The notes: a model not told the origin generated them from the letters alone. Numbered from the stretch's first letter, positions 1 to 11,949 are shown. The stretch: DNA of 64,000 nucleotides from Monocercomonoides exilis PA203 (GCA_001643675.2 LSRY02000035.1:682001-746000); one strand, 5' to 3'. Made by a program: numbers and translations.

Positions 1-3000
1 AGGAGTTGCATGTGCGAAAGGAAGAGCGAGGCGAGCAGAAATGCTGGCTAATCAACCCGCCTCTGTTGCTTTGTAACCCCACACAGCTGGAAAATGTGCT
101 GTTGTTGATGTCGATTGCCGTGGGAGTTTCTTCGTCAACAAGAGAAGAGCGAGAATTCAGTGAGGAAAGTGATTGCTGTTGAGAATGCAAGTGGAAACGA
201 GAACAATCATTTGGAAGCATTCTGTAGCTGCCAGCAGAGAGCACGGCAGGCTGCCCGGTTTCTGAGGAGTAGATGTAGTTGAATATCGTGTTGTCAATCC
301 AAAAGCGCGTCGGAAGGGTTGAGTCGACAAAAAACAAAGAGTTGGACACGCAATTGATGTCACTGAAAGTGCAGTCTGTGATGTGGATGGAAGACGTGCT
401 TTGTTCTATTTCACTTAGCAAATGGCGAGTTTTCCTCGAAGAAGAAGAAGAAGAAGAAGAAAGAAATCGAGATCTACGTGATTCTGTTTCTTCATCATCT
501 TCTTCTTCGAATTTGCTGTGACTATTCATTTTGGTTGCATAACTTTGTGTGATTTCACCTGTCTCTTCCAATTTCGATGGGTTCATTGAGAAAAAGCTGG
601 TTTTATTCGCCACGCAATTTGAGAAATGAGATTTTTCTGCAAACAGATCCGCCCCTCTGCACAAAATGATCGGGTGCTTGTTGGTGGAGATGTTGCTGAT
701 GAGGGTGCTGTTCAGATGCAGGTAGCTGTCCACCGCTGTGATGAACGAAAACTCCCAGTGCCGCTCCAAATCTCCGTCGTAGCTCACTTTTTCGAAGGAG
801 GCAAAGCAGTCTTCGCACAGAATGAGCGTGCTGAGCATCGCCTCTTCAGGGTCGTTCAGTGTGATGTTCAGACTCTCCAGCTGCATCGACACCTTCCCAA
901 TGAGCATTGCCGTATGCGGATTATCCTTTTCTGCCCGGAAGCGCATGAGCGCCTTCTTCGTCAGCTCGCTCGAGACAGAAGAGACAGTAAAGCGCTGCCA
1001 CGAAAACGGTGTGTTGACTACTATCTCATCAATGGCGATGAAAATCGAGCGCTGCTTGTTGAAAAAAGGGAAGATTGACGCCATCTGCAGCGTCTCGCAA
1101 GGCACTTCCGCAGAGCCGCAGCTGATCCAGTTGAGCGCCTTCGGGTGCGAAGAGGAGACATAATAAGGCGAAATCCGGTTTTTCACATATAGCTCCACCA
1201 GGTCAATCATTTTGCCCTCCCCATCCTCGCCGATGAATGCATTCTCCAGTTCCATCGTTGCTGGGCTTTTTGTGTAGATGATCTGGGCAGGCGAGAAGGA
1301 GGTCATGTTGTTCGCAATGAAGTACAGGTTCTTGCCCAAGAAAGCGCTGTTCTCTGTAAACTGCACGTTCTCAAACATCCAGCAGTTCGGTGTCTCTGAT
1401 CTCGATCCGTTCAGAAAGAATATTCCGCCCCGGCCGTTTGCTTCCGAAGCTTTGCAGCGGATGAAGGAGCAGCCCAGCACACGCATTGTGCGGTTCTCCA
1501 GCAGCTGCAGCTTCATCAGCCCTCCATACGAAGCTTTGGATGGTGAGCCGGCGGAAGAGCAGTCGACGAAGGCGGAGTTGTTGAGGAGGACAGCGGCACT
1601 CAGATTTTTGCTGATTTGCTTACCGACGTAGCTGAGAGAGAGGAAAGAGGAGCCAATAGAATGGCTGGCTATGTTCGCGATGGTGCTGTTGGAGATGTTG
1701 ACGGAGCGGAGTCGCTCTTTCTGAGAGAGCAAGAGAAAGAGAGAGAAAGAGAGAGAAAGAGAGAGAAAGAGAGAGAAAGAGAGAGAAAGAGAGAGAAAGA
1801 GAGAGAAAGAGAGAGAAAGAGAGAGAAAGAGAGAAAGAGAGAATAAGAGAGAATAAGAGAATAAGAATAATACATATATTTACATATTTAACAGAGAAAA
1901 GTTATATGATTTTTGAAAGTCATTCATTTGAATTTAAAAAAAAAAAATGAATGAAAAATTTATAAAGTGAAAAAGAAAACATCGAAAACAATCAAAACAA
2001 CAACAATAACAACAATTACAAAACAAAACAAAAAAAAACAAACAAAAAAAAAAATCATGTGAATAATTCAACATGCCTCAATAGCAACAATAAAAAGTGG
2101 GTGGCTTGCCAGATCGATTTCTTCAATCAGAGTTGTATCGATCTGCAAGCTCGAGTCAATCATACTGGCAAACCCTCCTTCGCTTTCTGCTCTGTATATG
2201 CCCCCTGACCGAGACATGCCATTGCTCACACTTCCCTTTGCGTGTGTGTCTGAGCTGAAGGTGATGGTGCAGTTCAACAGATAGAGTGTCGAGTTAACAC
2301 ACAAAAAGTAGTTGATAGTGGAGTTGCACTGCTGCAACAGCGTCATCTTGTCAAACGTGAGTGAGGAGTCTGCCGCCTCAAAGAAGAAGTCACTTCCTTC
2401 GTCCAGCCCGCTCGAACTCAAAACCGTCGTTAGCTTGCTTTCTCCGACCATCCGCATGCTAGTTGAGTACAGAGTAATCATGTCTGTCTCCTCGTTGTAT
2501 GTTCCCGAGTGAAAGAGAATCTTCCAGTAGATGTAGAACGTCGGGAAATCGTCTATGCACTTCTTCAGCGTGCGACACGGGTTCTCCTTCGTCGTCCCGC
2601 AGCCTTCCTCGTCTACACCGATGTTGGCGTCGATGTATCGGCTGCTGTCGCCAAACGGAATGAGCGTGTCGTCAATGACACATGCCTCGTCTGGCTCGAA
2701 GGAAAAGGCATCTTCTGCTTCTGGCTCAGATGATGATGATGAGAGTGATTGATGCCCTGAAAAATGATGGCTCGTGTATTCTGAGTGCAAATGTGGAACT
2801 TGGTCTATTTGAGAAGAAGATTTTTGTGCTCCATTCACACCAAAGCAATTGCTTGAACAGATTGCTGCTCGGTTGTAGGGTGAAGACGAGAAAGAGCTAA
2901 GCAGCAATACTTTTAAGTTGGGATCCATCGAATGAACAACAAGGTCAATTGCGACGTTTTTTGTGTCGCAGGAGTTGTTCACGAAAAGGGCATAATGGAT

Positions 3001-4608
3001 AGAGTAGCATTCCATATCCGCTGGTATTCGCAGAACAAGCGCCCCTTGCCTCACACTTTTACAGTGTTGGCAAAAAAGCTCATTGACGAAAACTTTCTGG
3101 TTGTTCTTTCCGTAAATGACGCAGGCTGATCCTTCATGCATATACGTCTCTGGAAGAAGTGGGTCATTCTGATGAAAGTGCGATCTTCGCATCAAAGTCT
3201 TTGCGGATGAAGAGGACGATGAAAAAGCAGAAGAAGTGGCTGTGGATGAAGATAATGAAGTGGATCGTGAGGTGATCGATTCGTAATTGTGCTGATCGTT
3301 GGAGCTCGCTGAAGATGGAAGCGAAGAATGGTGGTGACGATCAGCAGAGGGGTCGATGATATTGCAGTCCATAAACTGAAGCATGGAGAGCTCAACAGTG
3401 CCCGAAGCGATATCATTGCTCAGTATAAGATACAGCCCTGCAGCCGATGTGTGCGAGGATCCGTAGCTGAATGCACATGTGATAAGATTTAGATTCATGA
3501 TGAATCCTCCACAGCAGATGCAACCGCCAATTCCATTTGCCAAGCCAGACACAAAAGCTGTTGTATTGATACGCAAAGAAGAAAGTTCGATTGCATAAAT
3601 ACATCCACCATCTCCGGTAGCAGAGCATGATTGAAATATACATTCCCGTAATACAAGATTGTGTTGTGGAGAAGAAAACATACAGATAGCACCACCACAG
3701 GGGGACTTTGTGGCGTCTGTTGCGGAGCAATGATCGAAGAAATCAGAAAAAAATGAGAATGAATGATCAAGGCACTGCTGTTGGCTGTACACATTGTGTA
3801 GATAAACAGGGGAGGAGCATCTCAAAAAGGTATTATTAACAGATGTTAATATTCTCGATGAATCACCTCTTATAATCCCATTAGAAAGGCAATATGTTGA
3901 GTCCATAAATAAAGAACATGAAACACTTGATGTTTTCGAACGACAAACATCTCCTGGATCAACACCAGAATTACGCATGTGCGAGATATTGCGAAATGAG
4001 CAAAAATAAAAAGATTCGTCTCCAATATCACTGGATACGAGAAATGATCCAAATGAAGAAACTGAAAATGAAGAAAATGTTGAATGAGAAGTGATAAGAC
4101 ACGAGAACTCTGAACTCTGGGAGGTTAGTGAGAAGTTTGTGTGTTGTGGTGAAATGAAACTTTGAGAAATGTTTCTGAAGATTAAAGATCCAGATGATAA
4201 AAACATGGGGTATTCCCCCGAAATATAAAGAAAAAATAAGATATCAGATAAATTAAGTTTTGAATAATCATCAATAATGAATTGAGGTTTGATGAAAGAT
4301 GAAAGCACTGCAGAGGATTGCAATAAAACTGTTGAATTATGAAAATGAAACTCACAAGATTCGTCAAGAATAGAGCTATAATCACAGAAGGAATCGCGAA
4401 AACATAAATATAATTTCTTATTGAAATAACTTAAAGACGAATAGCTTTCTTTGTAAGCTGCTAATGAATTAAATTGGTTATCAATCATATTTTGCTTATC
4501 AACATTGATAATGCAATTAATTTGCGGCTCTTTATTTGTTGTGCTAGTTAAAATACTTATAGAAAGTATGCATAATACGAAATAACATTGTATAACGAAT
4601 AAATACAT
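1..4608 (-). CDS. Large Cys-rich secreted/surface protein (beta-helix-like GG..N.A..G repeats, G.D...CG....PC.T modules); two exons (4608..2077 and 1720..<1), 3' end outside the window
   Basis: ORF 2068..4644; the first ATG at 4608 gives a hydrophobic N-terminus (MYLFVIQCYFVLCILSISIL). The frame resumes at 1720 (KERLRSVNISNSTIAN...GRGGIFFL...ENSAFLGKNLYF) with the same motif family as 11950..21075. The exons join through intron 1721..2076. Confidence 0.8.
1721..2076 (-). other. Intron, probably non-canonical GC-AG
   Basis: Donor GAG|GCATGT and acceptor CTCTCAG|AAA give a phase-0 in-frame join. The nearby GT donor at 2072 would create a stop codon. Confidence 0.6.
1731..1840. repeat. (GAGAGAAAGA)n 10-mer tandem repeat, ~10 copies, intronic polypyrimidine tract on the minus strand
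   Basis: Directly visible. Confidence 0.95.
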
Positions 4609-5145
4609 AAAATTGATTAACTCTTCATGAATAAAACTAACCACAATATTTTTTTTGTTTAATCAGTGAGATCTTTCTCCTTTTTTTTAATACTTTTCCT
4701 TCATTTAAAAGATCTAAAATGCTTCAATGAGCCAAATTTCATAACTTCCTTCATCGTTCTGAGTTTGCTCCATCATTTATTTTGTTTTGATCAAAAAGCA
4801 TGGTTAAAAGATTTCATCATGATGATTCAAAAAATGTTCAAGTCTGAAATATTTGAAACTTTCAGGGAAAAAATTCCTCGAACTTTCAGGTGCATTTAAA
4901 AGGATTTTTTATTATTTCAATTGAATGTTGTCCGAAATTGTTTCAACCTTCACTTGAATTTATCATTTTCAATTTTCTTCAAATGCACTCTTTGCCCCCG
5001 AAGATTGTTTTTGAAAAAACACGTAAAAGATTATATTTGTTGGGAAAATAGCTTCGATATTTATCTGAAGTTCTTTCATTTCGATTGTAAATAATGAAAA
5101 AATCTTTTCAATGTGAGATAAAATCAAAAATTTGTTCTAAATATA

Positions 5146-6155
5146 GGGCTATAATTTTATCTTGACCTTTTTTCTTTATCTAGACCTTTTTCTTTTTTGC
5201 AATGCTTTTAGCTTTACACAAGCCTGCGATAAATAAAAAATAACCAGAAATGTTTGAAATGATTTAATTTCCTTATTCTATATTTTTTTTTCAATATTTC
5301 TTGTTTCACAAAAAGATCGAGGATAATGAAATTTTTCTGTTTTGATCATTGACTTGCTGCTTTTTCAGCGAATATTTTTTATCGGAAGTTTTAAGCTTTC
5401 ATATCATAATACATCGTTTATTTTTTATATGATTTAGTTGTTTTTAACTTTCTCAACTTGTTTTTTTTACACTTTTTCTCATTTCACACATATTTTTAAA
5501 AAACACGATTTTAAGGACACATATGAATTTGTTTTGAAATTTATTGAAATGATAAATAAACATTATTAAAATAAAACGATTCTTGCATGTCAAAACGATA
5601 ATTTGTTTGTGAGTGTTTGGTAATTTGAAACATAAAAAAATCATATATACTTGCTTTTCAGTTAAAATTCTTGTTCAATTCTTTTTCTTTTCAGAATTAA
5701 ATTAAAATATACAATAAATAACACCTTGTTTTTATTTTTTATGTGCTTAAAAATTTACACAAATTCATATTTGTTCCAAAAATCGTGTTTTAAGCAAAAA
5801 CAGTGAAATGAGAAAAAAAGGTTAAAAATTTTATTGAAAAATTCAAAAACAAGTTAAAATGATAATATAGGAATGTGGAATGCTGATGTTGTGGCTTTAA
5901 ACGTTCGGTTTGAAATAAACGCTTCACGGCCAGCATGTCTTTGATCTGGGTCCTAAAATAATAATAATTTTTAATATTTTTTTGAACATTAAAATTTCAA
6001 AAATTTTTTCAACAGAATTCTGAAAAACAAAAATATCAAGAAGTCTATTTATTTTGTTTTTGTTTTAAGCCTTTTAACAAATCAAAAAAGCAAAAATAAG
6101 TTTCAAAAAAACAGGGTTGAGATAAAATTTTGAGGTCAAGATAAAATATGCACCC
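5146..6155. mobile_element. 1010-bp non-autonomous TIR DNA transposon (MITE-like), copy 1
   Basis: Ends GGGCTATAATTTTATCTTGACCT ... AGGTCAAGATAAAATATGCACCC (imperfect TIR with a 15-bp perfect inner part), flanked by TA on both sides. An apparently identical copy lies at 21750..22759 with different flanks. Confidence 0.9.
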
Positions 6156-6409
6156 TAATATTGCTGGCAAAGTTCCTATTGTTTCATTAATTCGAAAATG
6201 ATATATTTGAAAATTTTCGTGAATGATCAATACGTAGCATGAACGCAAAAGAAAGAGGGAAAAAAGATGTGAAATAAAAAAGAATTTGATATTGAATATA
6301 AATCAGTCCAAAAATATACAATTAATTTTGGAAATATAACTAAAATACAATTTAATGACAATAAATTAAAATTCTCAATAATTCAGACTGAATAGCAGCT
6401 ACCTGCAAT

Positions 6410-7148
6410 TCAAGTTGATTTACAATTGCTCTTGGGAATACTGTCTTTTGAATAAACTAAAACTTTTTCATCGTCAGATTTCTTGATAGGCTTCCAATCA
6501 AGAAATGGGAAGAGGATGGAAATAAACCGTGCTCCTTTTTCCAATTGTTTTCTTAAAAAGGATTCGAGTAAATGCATCTTATCCTTTAAAAGATACACAA
6601 TAAAAAGTGTAGATTCCTCTACCAAAGCCTGCTGCTTTTCGTCCAATTCAAAAAAATTTCCTTCCACGATAATTAATTTATCCGAATTTCTTTCTTTATC
6701 CCCCGATAGAAGTTCTTTAGCTCTTTTGACTTTTTCTTTTGCGAGAGTTGCAAGATCTGAATCGATTTCGATTCCAATCGATTGTTGGACTCCATATTCG
6801 CAGAAAGATACGATTGCAAATCTTCCATCACCACATCCAATATCACAAATTTTATCCTGTTAAAAAAATTGCTTTCACTTTCAAGATATTATTTTCAAAA
6901 TTCATTTTTAACATACTTTTGAACATATCTCAGCTATTTGAAGAGCACTCCGAACAAGTTCCAAAGATGCAAATTGAATTGGCGCCATTACATTTGATTC
7001 GTCATCATCGAGAAATGGAAATAATTGTTCAAAGCCTAGTTCAGCAAAAAGAATTAAAAATTATAAAAAATTTTCAGTAGAAATGCAATGCAAGACCTTC
7101 ATCGCAAGCTTCTCCAAATCCAATTGAAGAAACATCTATTCTTTTCAT
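6410..7148 (-). CDS. Class I SAM-dependent methyltransferase, FAM173 (ANTKMT/ATPSCKMT)-like; exons 7148..7097, 7035..6917, 6856..6410
   Basis: Spliced translation gives APIQFASLELVRSALQIAEICSKDKICDIGCGDGRFAI...GIEIDSDL...IVYLL...LEKGARFISILFPFLDWKP. GT-AG introns 7036..7096 and 6857..6916 keep the frame. Confidence 0.85.
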
Positions 7149-7428
7149 TTTTGTGATTTTTAAATGTTGATTAAAACTTAAAAACGAGAAAAAAACAATT
7201 TACAAAATAAAAATATTTTGATCATTTTTTATATTATGACTTTATTTTGAGAAATAATAATTAAAAATATGTTTGAATATTAATCAAAAACCAAAAAATT
7301 TCTCAAAAAAATCTATTGAATTGTGATAAAAAATACTGCATATTTTTTTTTTTAAAAAAAATATTTTGCAACTTGGAGTTATTCCATTGTGAAATGTTTT
7401 GTGAAATGTTTACGTTTTTAAAAATGAC

Positions 7429-10400
7429 TCAGAAATGATGTACTCTGAATGTCCAAATTCCATCATCCGGCAAATATTCCACGAACTCTGCTCCCATTGA
7501 GATCGTTCTCTGCTTGATTTTCAGTGAATAGCGTGCAATCCTCTTTTCGTCTGTGGTTGGCCTTTTTGTCTCCTTGTCCAAGATGAAAATATCAAACAAC
7601 GTTATTTCAGCAGGCTGGTTCAGTCCACACCCTGGTTTTGGTCTCTTTGGCTTCGCATTAGTTGCCTTCTCATCTGAATTCTCTTTCATTTCTTTTCCTT
7701 TTTCTCTCCTCTTTTCTTCCTTTCCTTCCTCATTTCCTTCTTCCTCGCATTCGCTGCTGTCATCCTCATAATCTGGATACAGCTCCACTTCTTTCTCTCG
7801 AAATGCCACGATTTCATTCAGCACAATCCCTCCTCTCAAATCAACCGGCTTCAGAAACGTGATCATCCCGTAGTGCGGGCGCCATATGCGGAAATGCCTC
7901 ACTGCTGCCAACTCTTCCTCTGAATAGCTCGCAAGTCTCTCAATTGAAGGCGAGCAGCTGTAGCTTTTGTCTGTGATTATTGGCGGGTTCTGGGAAGGCT
8001 CTGCGCTTTTGCCTGGTTTGCTGATTGAATGAGATCGGTGGAGGGATTTGTGTCTGTCTGCATTGATATCAGCATTGATGCCAGCATCTGCATCAACAGA
8101 ATGATGATGTGTGTGGTGGATGTGACGCCGGCTGGCGCTGCTGCTTCGACCGCTTCTGCTCTGCCGATGTTCAGACACACTCCTCTCAGAAACATACTCT
8201 GCTGCCCTTTGTTCGTCTTCTCTTCTCCTTTCTTCTTCTTCTTCTTCTCTTCCTCTTTCTTCTAACTGATATGCTGCTGTTGATTTCTCATTTAACATTG
8301 CTGAATCATCATTATCATTATCATATTCATCAGCAGCAGAAGCAACAGAAGTAAACTGCCGTTCTGACAAGCTTCCCCTCTCATTCTTTTGCAATTTCCC
8401 TACAGGCGATGATACAGCCGGTGCAAATGACACTTCTAAATATGTCTCCATCGGCTGTTGTTGTTGTTGCTGCTGCTCTTGCTTTCCATCGCGTTGTTTG
8501 CGTGCTCTGCCTCCAAACAGCTCCTTCACGTCTGTCACAGGTGGAGCCAGTAGATTGGCTGTGTTGAACACCAACTGGTTTTCCTCTGAGTCTGCCTCGC
8601 TGAGCTGTTGCAGCACCCCTTTCCCTTCTCCAGACAAAGAAGAAGAAGAAGAAGCAGAAGAAGCAGAAGATGATGAAGGAAGTGATGTGAGCTCAGAGTA
8701 GTCTGAAACGCGTGCTACCAGAATCTCCTTCGACATGCACACAACTGGATCAGCTTTCTCGCTCTGTGCAGATGGCTTGTCTGCTTTGGCAAAGGAGGAG
8801 ACGGACGGCGCAGTGAATTCGTACTTGTCTTCTTTGAGGGAAATGATGCGCTCTGCTTTGGACTGGCTGTATTCGAGTGTCAGTGTGCGTGTCTGTATCT
8901 GGTGGAGCGCAGATATTTTGTGGAGAAGAATGTTTCCTCCCACACGCACTGAAGAAGAAGAAGAAGCAGATGATGCAACTGTTGAAGCTGCTGAAGGCTT
9001 ATTTCCATTAAGACCTCCCTGTTGTGTAGATGCTGCTGCTTCAGCCTTCTTTTTCGTTGATTCCAGCACTGCCTGCGCTGAATTCAGACTGTCAACTGGC
9101 TTACCATCATAGCCGATAACCACAAATGGCGCATCTCCAGAGAGCGTAAGAGAGAACCGGGAGTCGTACAGCAGATTCGATCCGAACGGATGTGGCGCAG
9201 GAGGAGGCGGCTCGTGCTGGAAGGGAATGTAGACAGGAGCAGCAGCAGTGCCCTGAGGCAAGAAGGGGTTGGGTGCAGCGTTATTGGTGAACGGGTTCGT
9301 GGTCGTTCCCGCGGGTGCGAATGGATTTGCAGGCTTGGCGGCACCAGCAGCGAAGGGATTGTTTGTGGCGAAGGGGTTAGCAGCAGCTGTTCCCTGTGGA
9401 GCGAACGGGTTTGTGGAAGCAGGCGCTGCAAACGGGTTGTTGGCAGCTGGAGTGGCAAATGGATTGGCGGTATTTGTCGCTCCTGCGGCAAAAGGATTGG
9501 CAGCAGCTGTTCCTTGTGGTGCAAAGGGATTGTTGGCAGCAGGCGCAGCAAACGGATTGTTAGCTGCAGGCGCTCCAAATGGGTTTGTTGCAGCAGTAGC
9601 AGCAGGGGCTCCGAAGGGGTTGGTGGCAGCACCAGCAGCAAACGGGTTGGCTGAAGCAGGAGCTCCGAACGGATTGGCTGTGTTTGTCGCGCCTGCTGCA
9701 AATGGGTTTGTGGAAGCTGGTGCTCCAAACGGGTTAGCTGCTGCTGCACGCGCACCGAACGGGTTGGTTGCTGTTGTGGCAGCAGGAGCACCAAAAGGAT
9801 TGGCAGCAGGAGTGGCGAATGGATTGGCTGCTGGTGTTGTTCCAAAAGGATTGGTAGCCGCCGCAGCAGGAGCGCCAAATGGATTGGCTGTCCCAGCAGC
9901 TGGCGCTCCAAAAGGATTGGCAGCTGGAGCCGCTGTGTTTCCAAACGGGTTTGCTGCTCCTGCTGCTGCCGGTGCACCAAACGGACTTGCAGCTGTGGCA
10001 CCTTTCACAACACTGAATGAAACATTCAATTTATCAGCTGGAATCTGATTAGCTGCTTGAATGCCCTGTCCAGCAATTACACGTCCCAAGAAATAATCTT
10101 CCAACCGTAGCTCCTCGATGGATTTGTGGACATATTGCGGCTGATGATTGACAGCACAGAATACAAGCATATTGCCAGCCTTTTGAGGATCCTGAACAGT
10201 TTTTGGTTGACCAATTCCAAGAGTTGTTCCATGAGGAAGAATTTGTTGCTGAGGAGGAGTTGTTGCTCCAGGAATTTGTGTTAGCCCATTTGTCGTACCA
10301 AAAATTCCAGTTGCACCTGTTGAAGGTATTCCAAATGGATTAGTTGTCGCAGCAGGAGCACCAAATGGATTTGTCGTTGCTGCAGGAGTACCAAATGGGT

Positions 10401-10788
10401 TAGCCGCGGGTTGAGCTCCAAACATATTAGCAGCTGGCACCATTCCGAATGGATTTGCTGCTGGAGCTCCAAACGGATTTGCAGCTGGAGCTGTTGCACC
10501 AAATGGATTTGTCGTGGCAGCAGGAGCGCCAAATGGACTAGAAGCAGGTGTATTTCCAAATGGACTGGCTGCAGGTGCCCCAAATGGGCTAGCCGCAGGT
10601 GTTGCGCCAAATGGATTGACAGCTGGTTGAGCTCCAAAAGGGTTTGCAGCTGGTTGAGCTCCAAATGGATTAGCAGCGGGTGTTGCTGTACCAAATGGGT
10701 TTGGCGCTGCAGATGATCCAAAGGGGTTAGCCGCTGGTGCTGTACTAAATGGATTTGGCGCTGGCGTTGTTGAAAATGGATTTATCAT
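7429..10788 (-). CDS. NUP98: Nup98-like FG nucleoporin (NPFG/NPFA repeats, GLEBS motif, C-terminal autoproteolytic-type domain)
   Basis: Dozens of NPFG/NPFA repeats; GLEBS-like HKSIEELRLEDYFLGR; C-terminal YSCSPSIERL...YGMITFLKPVDL...GLNQPAEITL...GAEFVEYLPDDGIWTFRVHHF. Confidence 0.92.
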   Translation of the reverse strand: MINPFSTTPAPNPFSTAPAANPFGSSAAPNPFGTATPAANPFGAQPAANPFGAQPAVNPFGATPAASPFGAPAASPFGNTPASSPFGAPAATTNPFGATAPAANPFGAPAANPFGMVPAANMFGAQPAANPFGTPAATTNPFGAPAATTNPFGIPSTGATGIFGTTNGLTQIPGATTPPQQQILPHGTTLGIGQPKTVQDPQKAGNMLVFCAVNHQPQYVHKSIEELRLEDYFLGRVIAGQGIQAANQIPADKLNVSFSVVKGATAASPFGAPAAAGAANPFGNTAAPAANPFGAPAAGTANPFGAPAAAATNPFGTTPAANPFATPAANPFGAPAATTATNPFGARAAAANPFGAPASTNPFAAGATNTANPFGAPASANPFAAGAATNPFGAPAATAATNPFGAPAANNPFAAPAANNPFAPQGTAAANPFAAGATNTANPFATPAANNPFAAPASTNPFAPQGTAAANPFATNNPFAAGAAKPANPFAPAGTTTNPFTNNAAPNPFLPQGTAAAPVYIPFQHEPPPPAPHPFGSNLLYDSRFSLTLSGDAPFVVIGYDGKPVDSLNSAQAVLESTKKKAEAAASTQQGGLNGNKPSAASTVASSASSSSSVRVGGNILLHKISALHQIQTRTLTLEYSQSKAERIISLKEDKYEFTAPSVSSFAKADKPSAQSEKADPVVCMSKEILVARVSDYSELTSLPSSSSASSASSSSSLSGEGKGVLQQLSEADSEENQLVFNTANLLAPPVTDVKELFGGRARKQRDGKQEQQQQQQQPMETYLEVSFAPAVSSPVGKLQKNERGSLSERQFTSVASAADEYDNDNDDSAMLNEKSTAAYQLEERGREEEEEERRREDEQRAAEYVSERSVSEHRQSRSGRSSSASRRHIHHTHHHSVDADAGINADINADRHKSLHRSHSISKPGKSAEPSQNPPIITDKSYSCSPSIERLASYSEEELAAVRHFRIWRPHYGMITFLKPVDLRGGIVLNEIVAFREKEVELYPDYEDDSSECEEEGNEEGKEEKRREKGKEMKENSDEKATNAKPKRPKPGCGLNQPAEITLFDIFILDKETKRPTTDEKRIARYSLKIKQRTISMGAEFVEYLPDDGIWTFRVHHF

Positions 10789-11949
10789 TATAAAACTTCT
10801 TATTCAATGTTTGTAAAAAATAATAATTTTCGAATAAATTAATAAAAAAACGTTTAGTGCATTGAATTTGTATTTTAAAAATCATACCAATTTTCCTCTT
10901 ATTTTTTTCTTCAAAAACTTCAAATTGATCAAAAATTCTCAGGATTGAAAAAATAATAATGGTTATGAATGATCCAGCTTTGTCTTTATGTGTATCACTT
11001 TTCCAAACATTAAAATTGAAATAAGAATTTCTTCAAAAGATGCTTAAGTGAATTTTAAGCATTTTTAACAGCGAGACTTGAAGGGGATGAATCAGTTAAT
11101 TATATATCTAATTAGGAAAAATTCAATTGTACATAATTTCTTTATTTTTTGAAAAAACGCAACTATTCAAGTTTATTTTAGTGAATTCTTTTTGTTGAAT
11201 AAATATTAATGCAATTTTCATGAAATTTATCTCAAATTCAAATATATCTGGAAACACATGATTTTTATTAACCAATAATAAAGTTCGAAAAAAAGTGAAT
11301 AAGAAATATTTAAATTAAAAATTTGAGTTACAAGAGTGAAATGAAGTTGAATACAAAAAACGATGTTTGAATATCTATTCATGATAAATATTATTTGAAA
11401 GATGAATTGCAAATAAATATTCTACAGGTAATCTTCAAAATCAATTTTTAAATAACAGCTAATATTTACTAATAAATATATAAATGTTAAATTATAGTTT
11501 TCTAAAACTACAATATAATAAGTTGGTGAAATTATTTGCAAATATAAGTGTAATCTTAACATGTTTAAATAATGAATGATACAAACTTTAAAGAATATTC
11601 AAAATTTCGGATATTTATAGTAAATAACAGTAAAAAATTTTTCAATTGTTATAATTTCTCGAACATATTCGTTGAATATTATTTCAGAAAATTTTCAATT
11701 TCCAGATGTGACTTTATTAACTGAAATGTTCATGCTTTTCAGTCAAGTTCAAATTTCCAACTTCACATTTGCGTGAAAATGATATAAATTTACACGATTT
11801 TTTTTTATTTGAACTTGCTTTGGAGAAACTGTATTCAGTACTTTTTTCTTGACCAAATATCAAATGCCCACTAATTATTGTTTCCTTCATCGATGCTGAC
11901 TTTTTTAAGCTTCCAGCATTCGTTTGCATCACAAATCGCTTTTTGTTAT

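Noticed and set aside
626-1631. Plus-strand ORFs of 113-150 aa near the left edge
   Set aside because: Antisense to the open minus-strand exon (1720..<1) that carries recognisable family motifs.
5870-5955. GC-richer patch with CTGATG...GAAA and a small hairpin, resembling a hammerhead ribozyme
   Set aside because: The core reads CUGAUGU rather than CUGANGA, stem II does not follow directly, and no stem I/III with a cleavage triplet could be built.
9269-10048. 259-aa plus-strand ORF with regular GANG(F/L) repeats
   Set aside because: Antisense shadow of the Nup98 NPF repeats.
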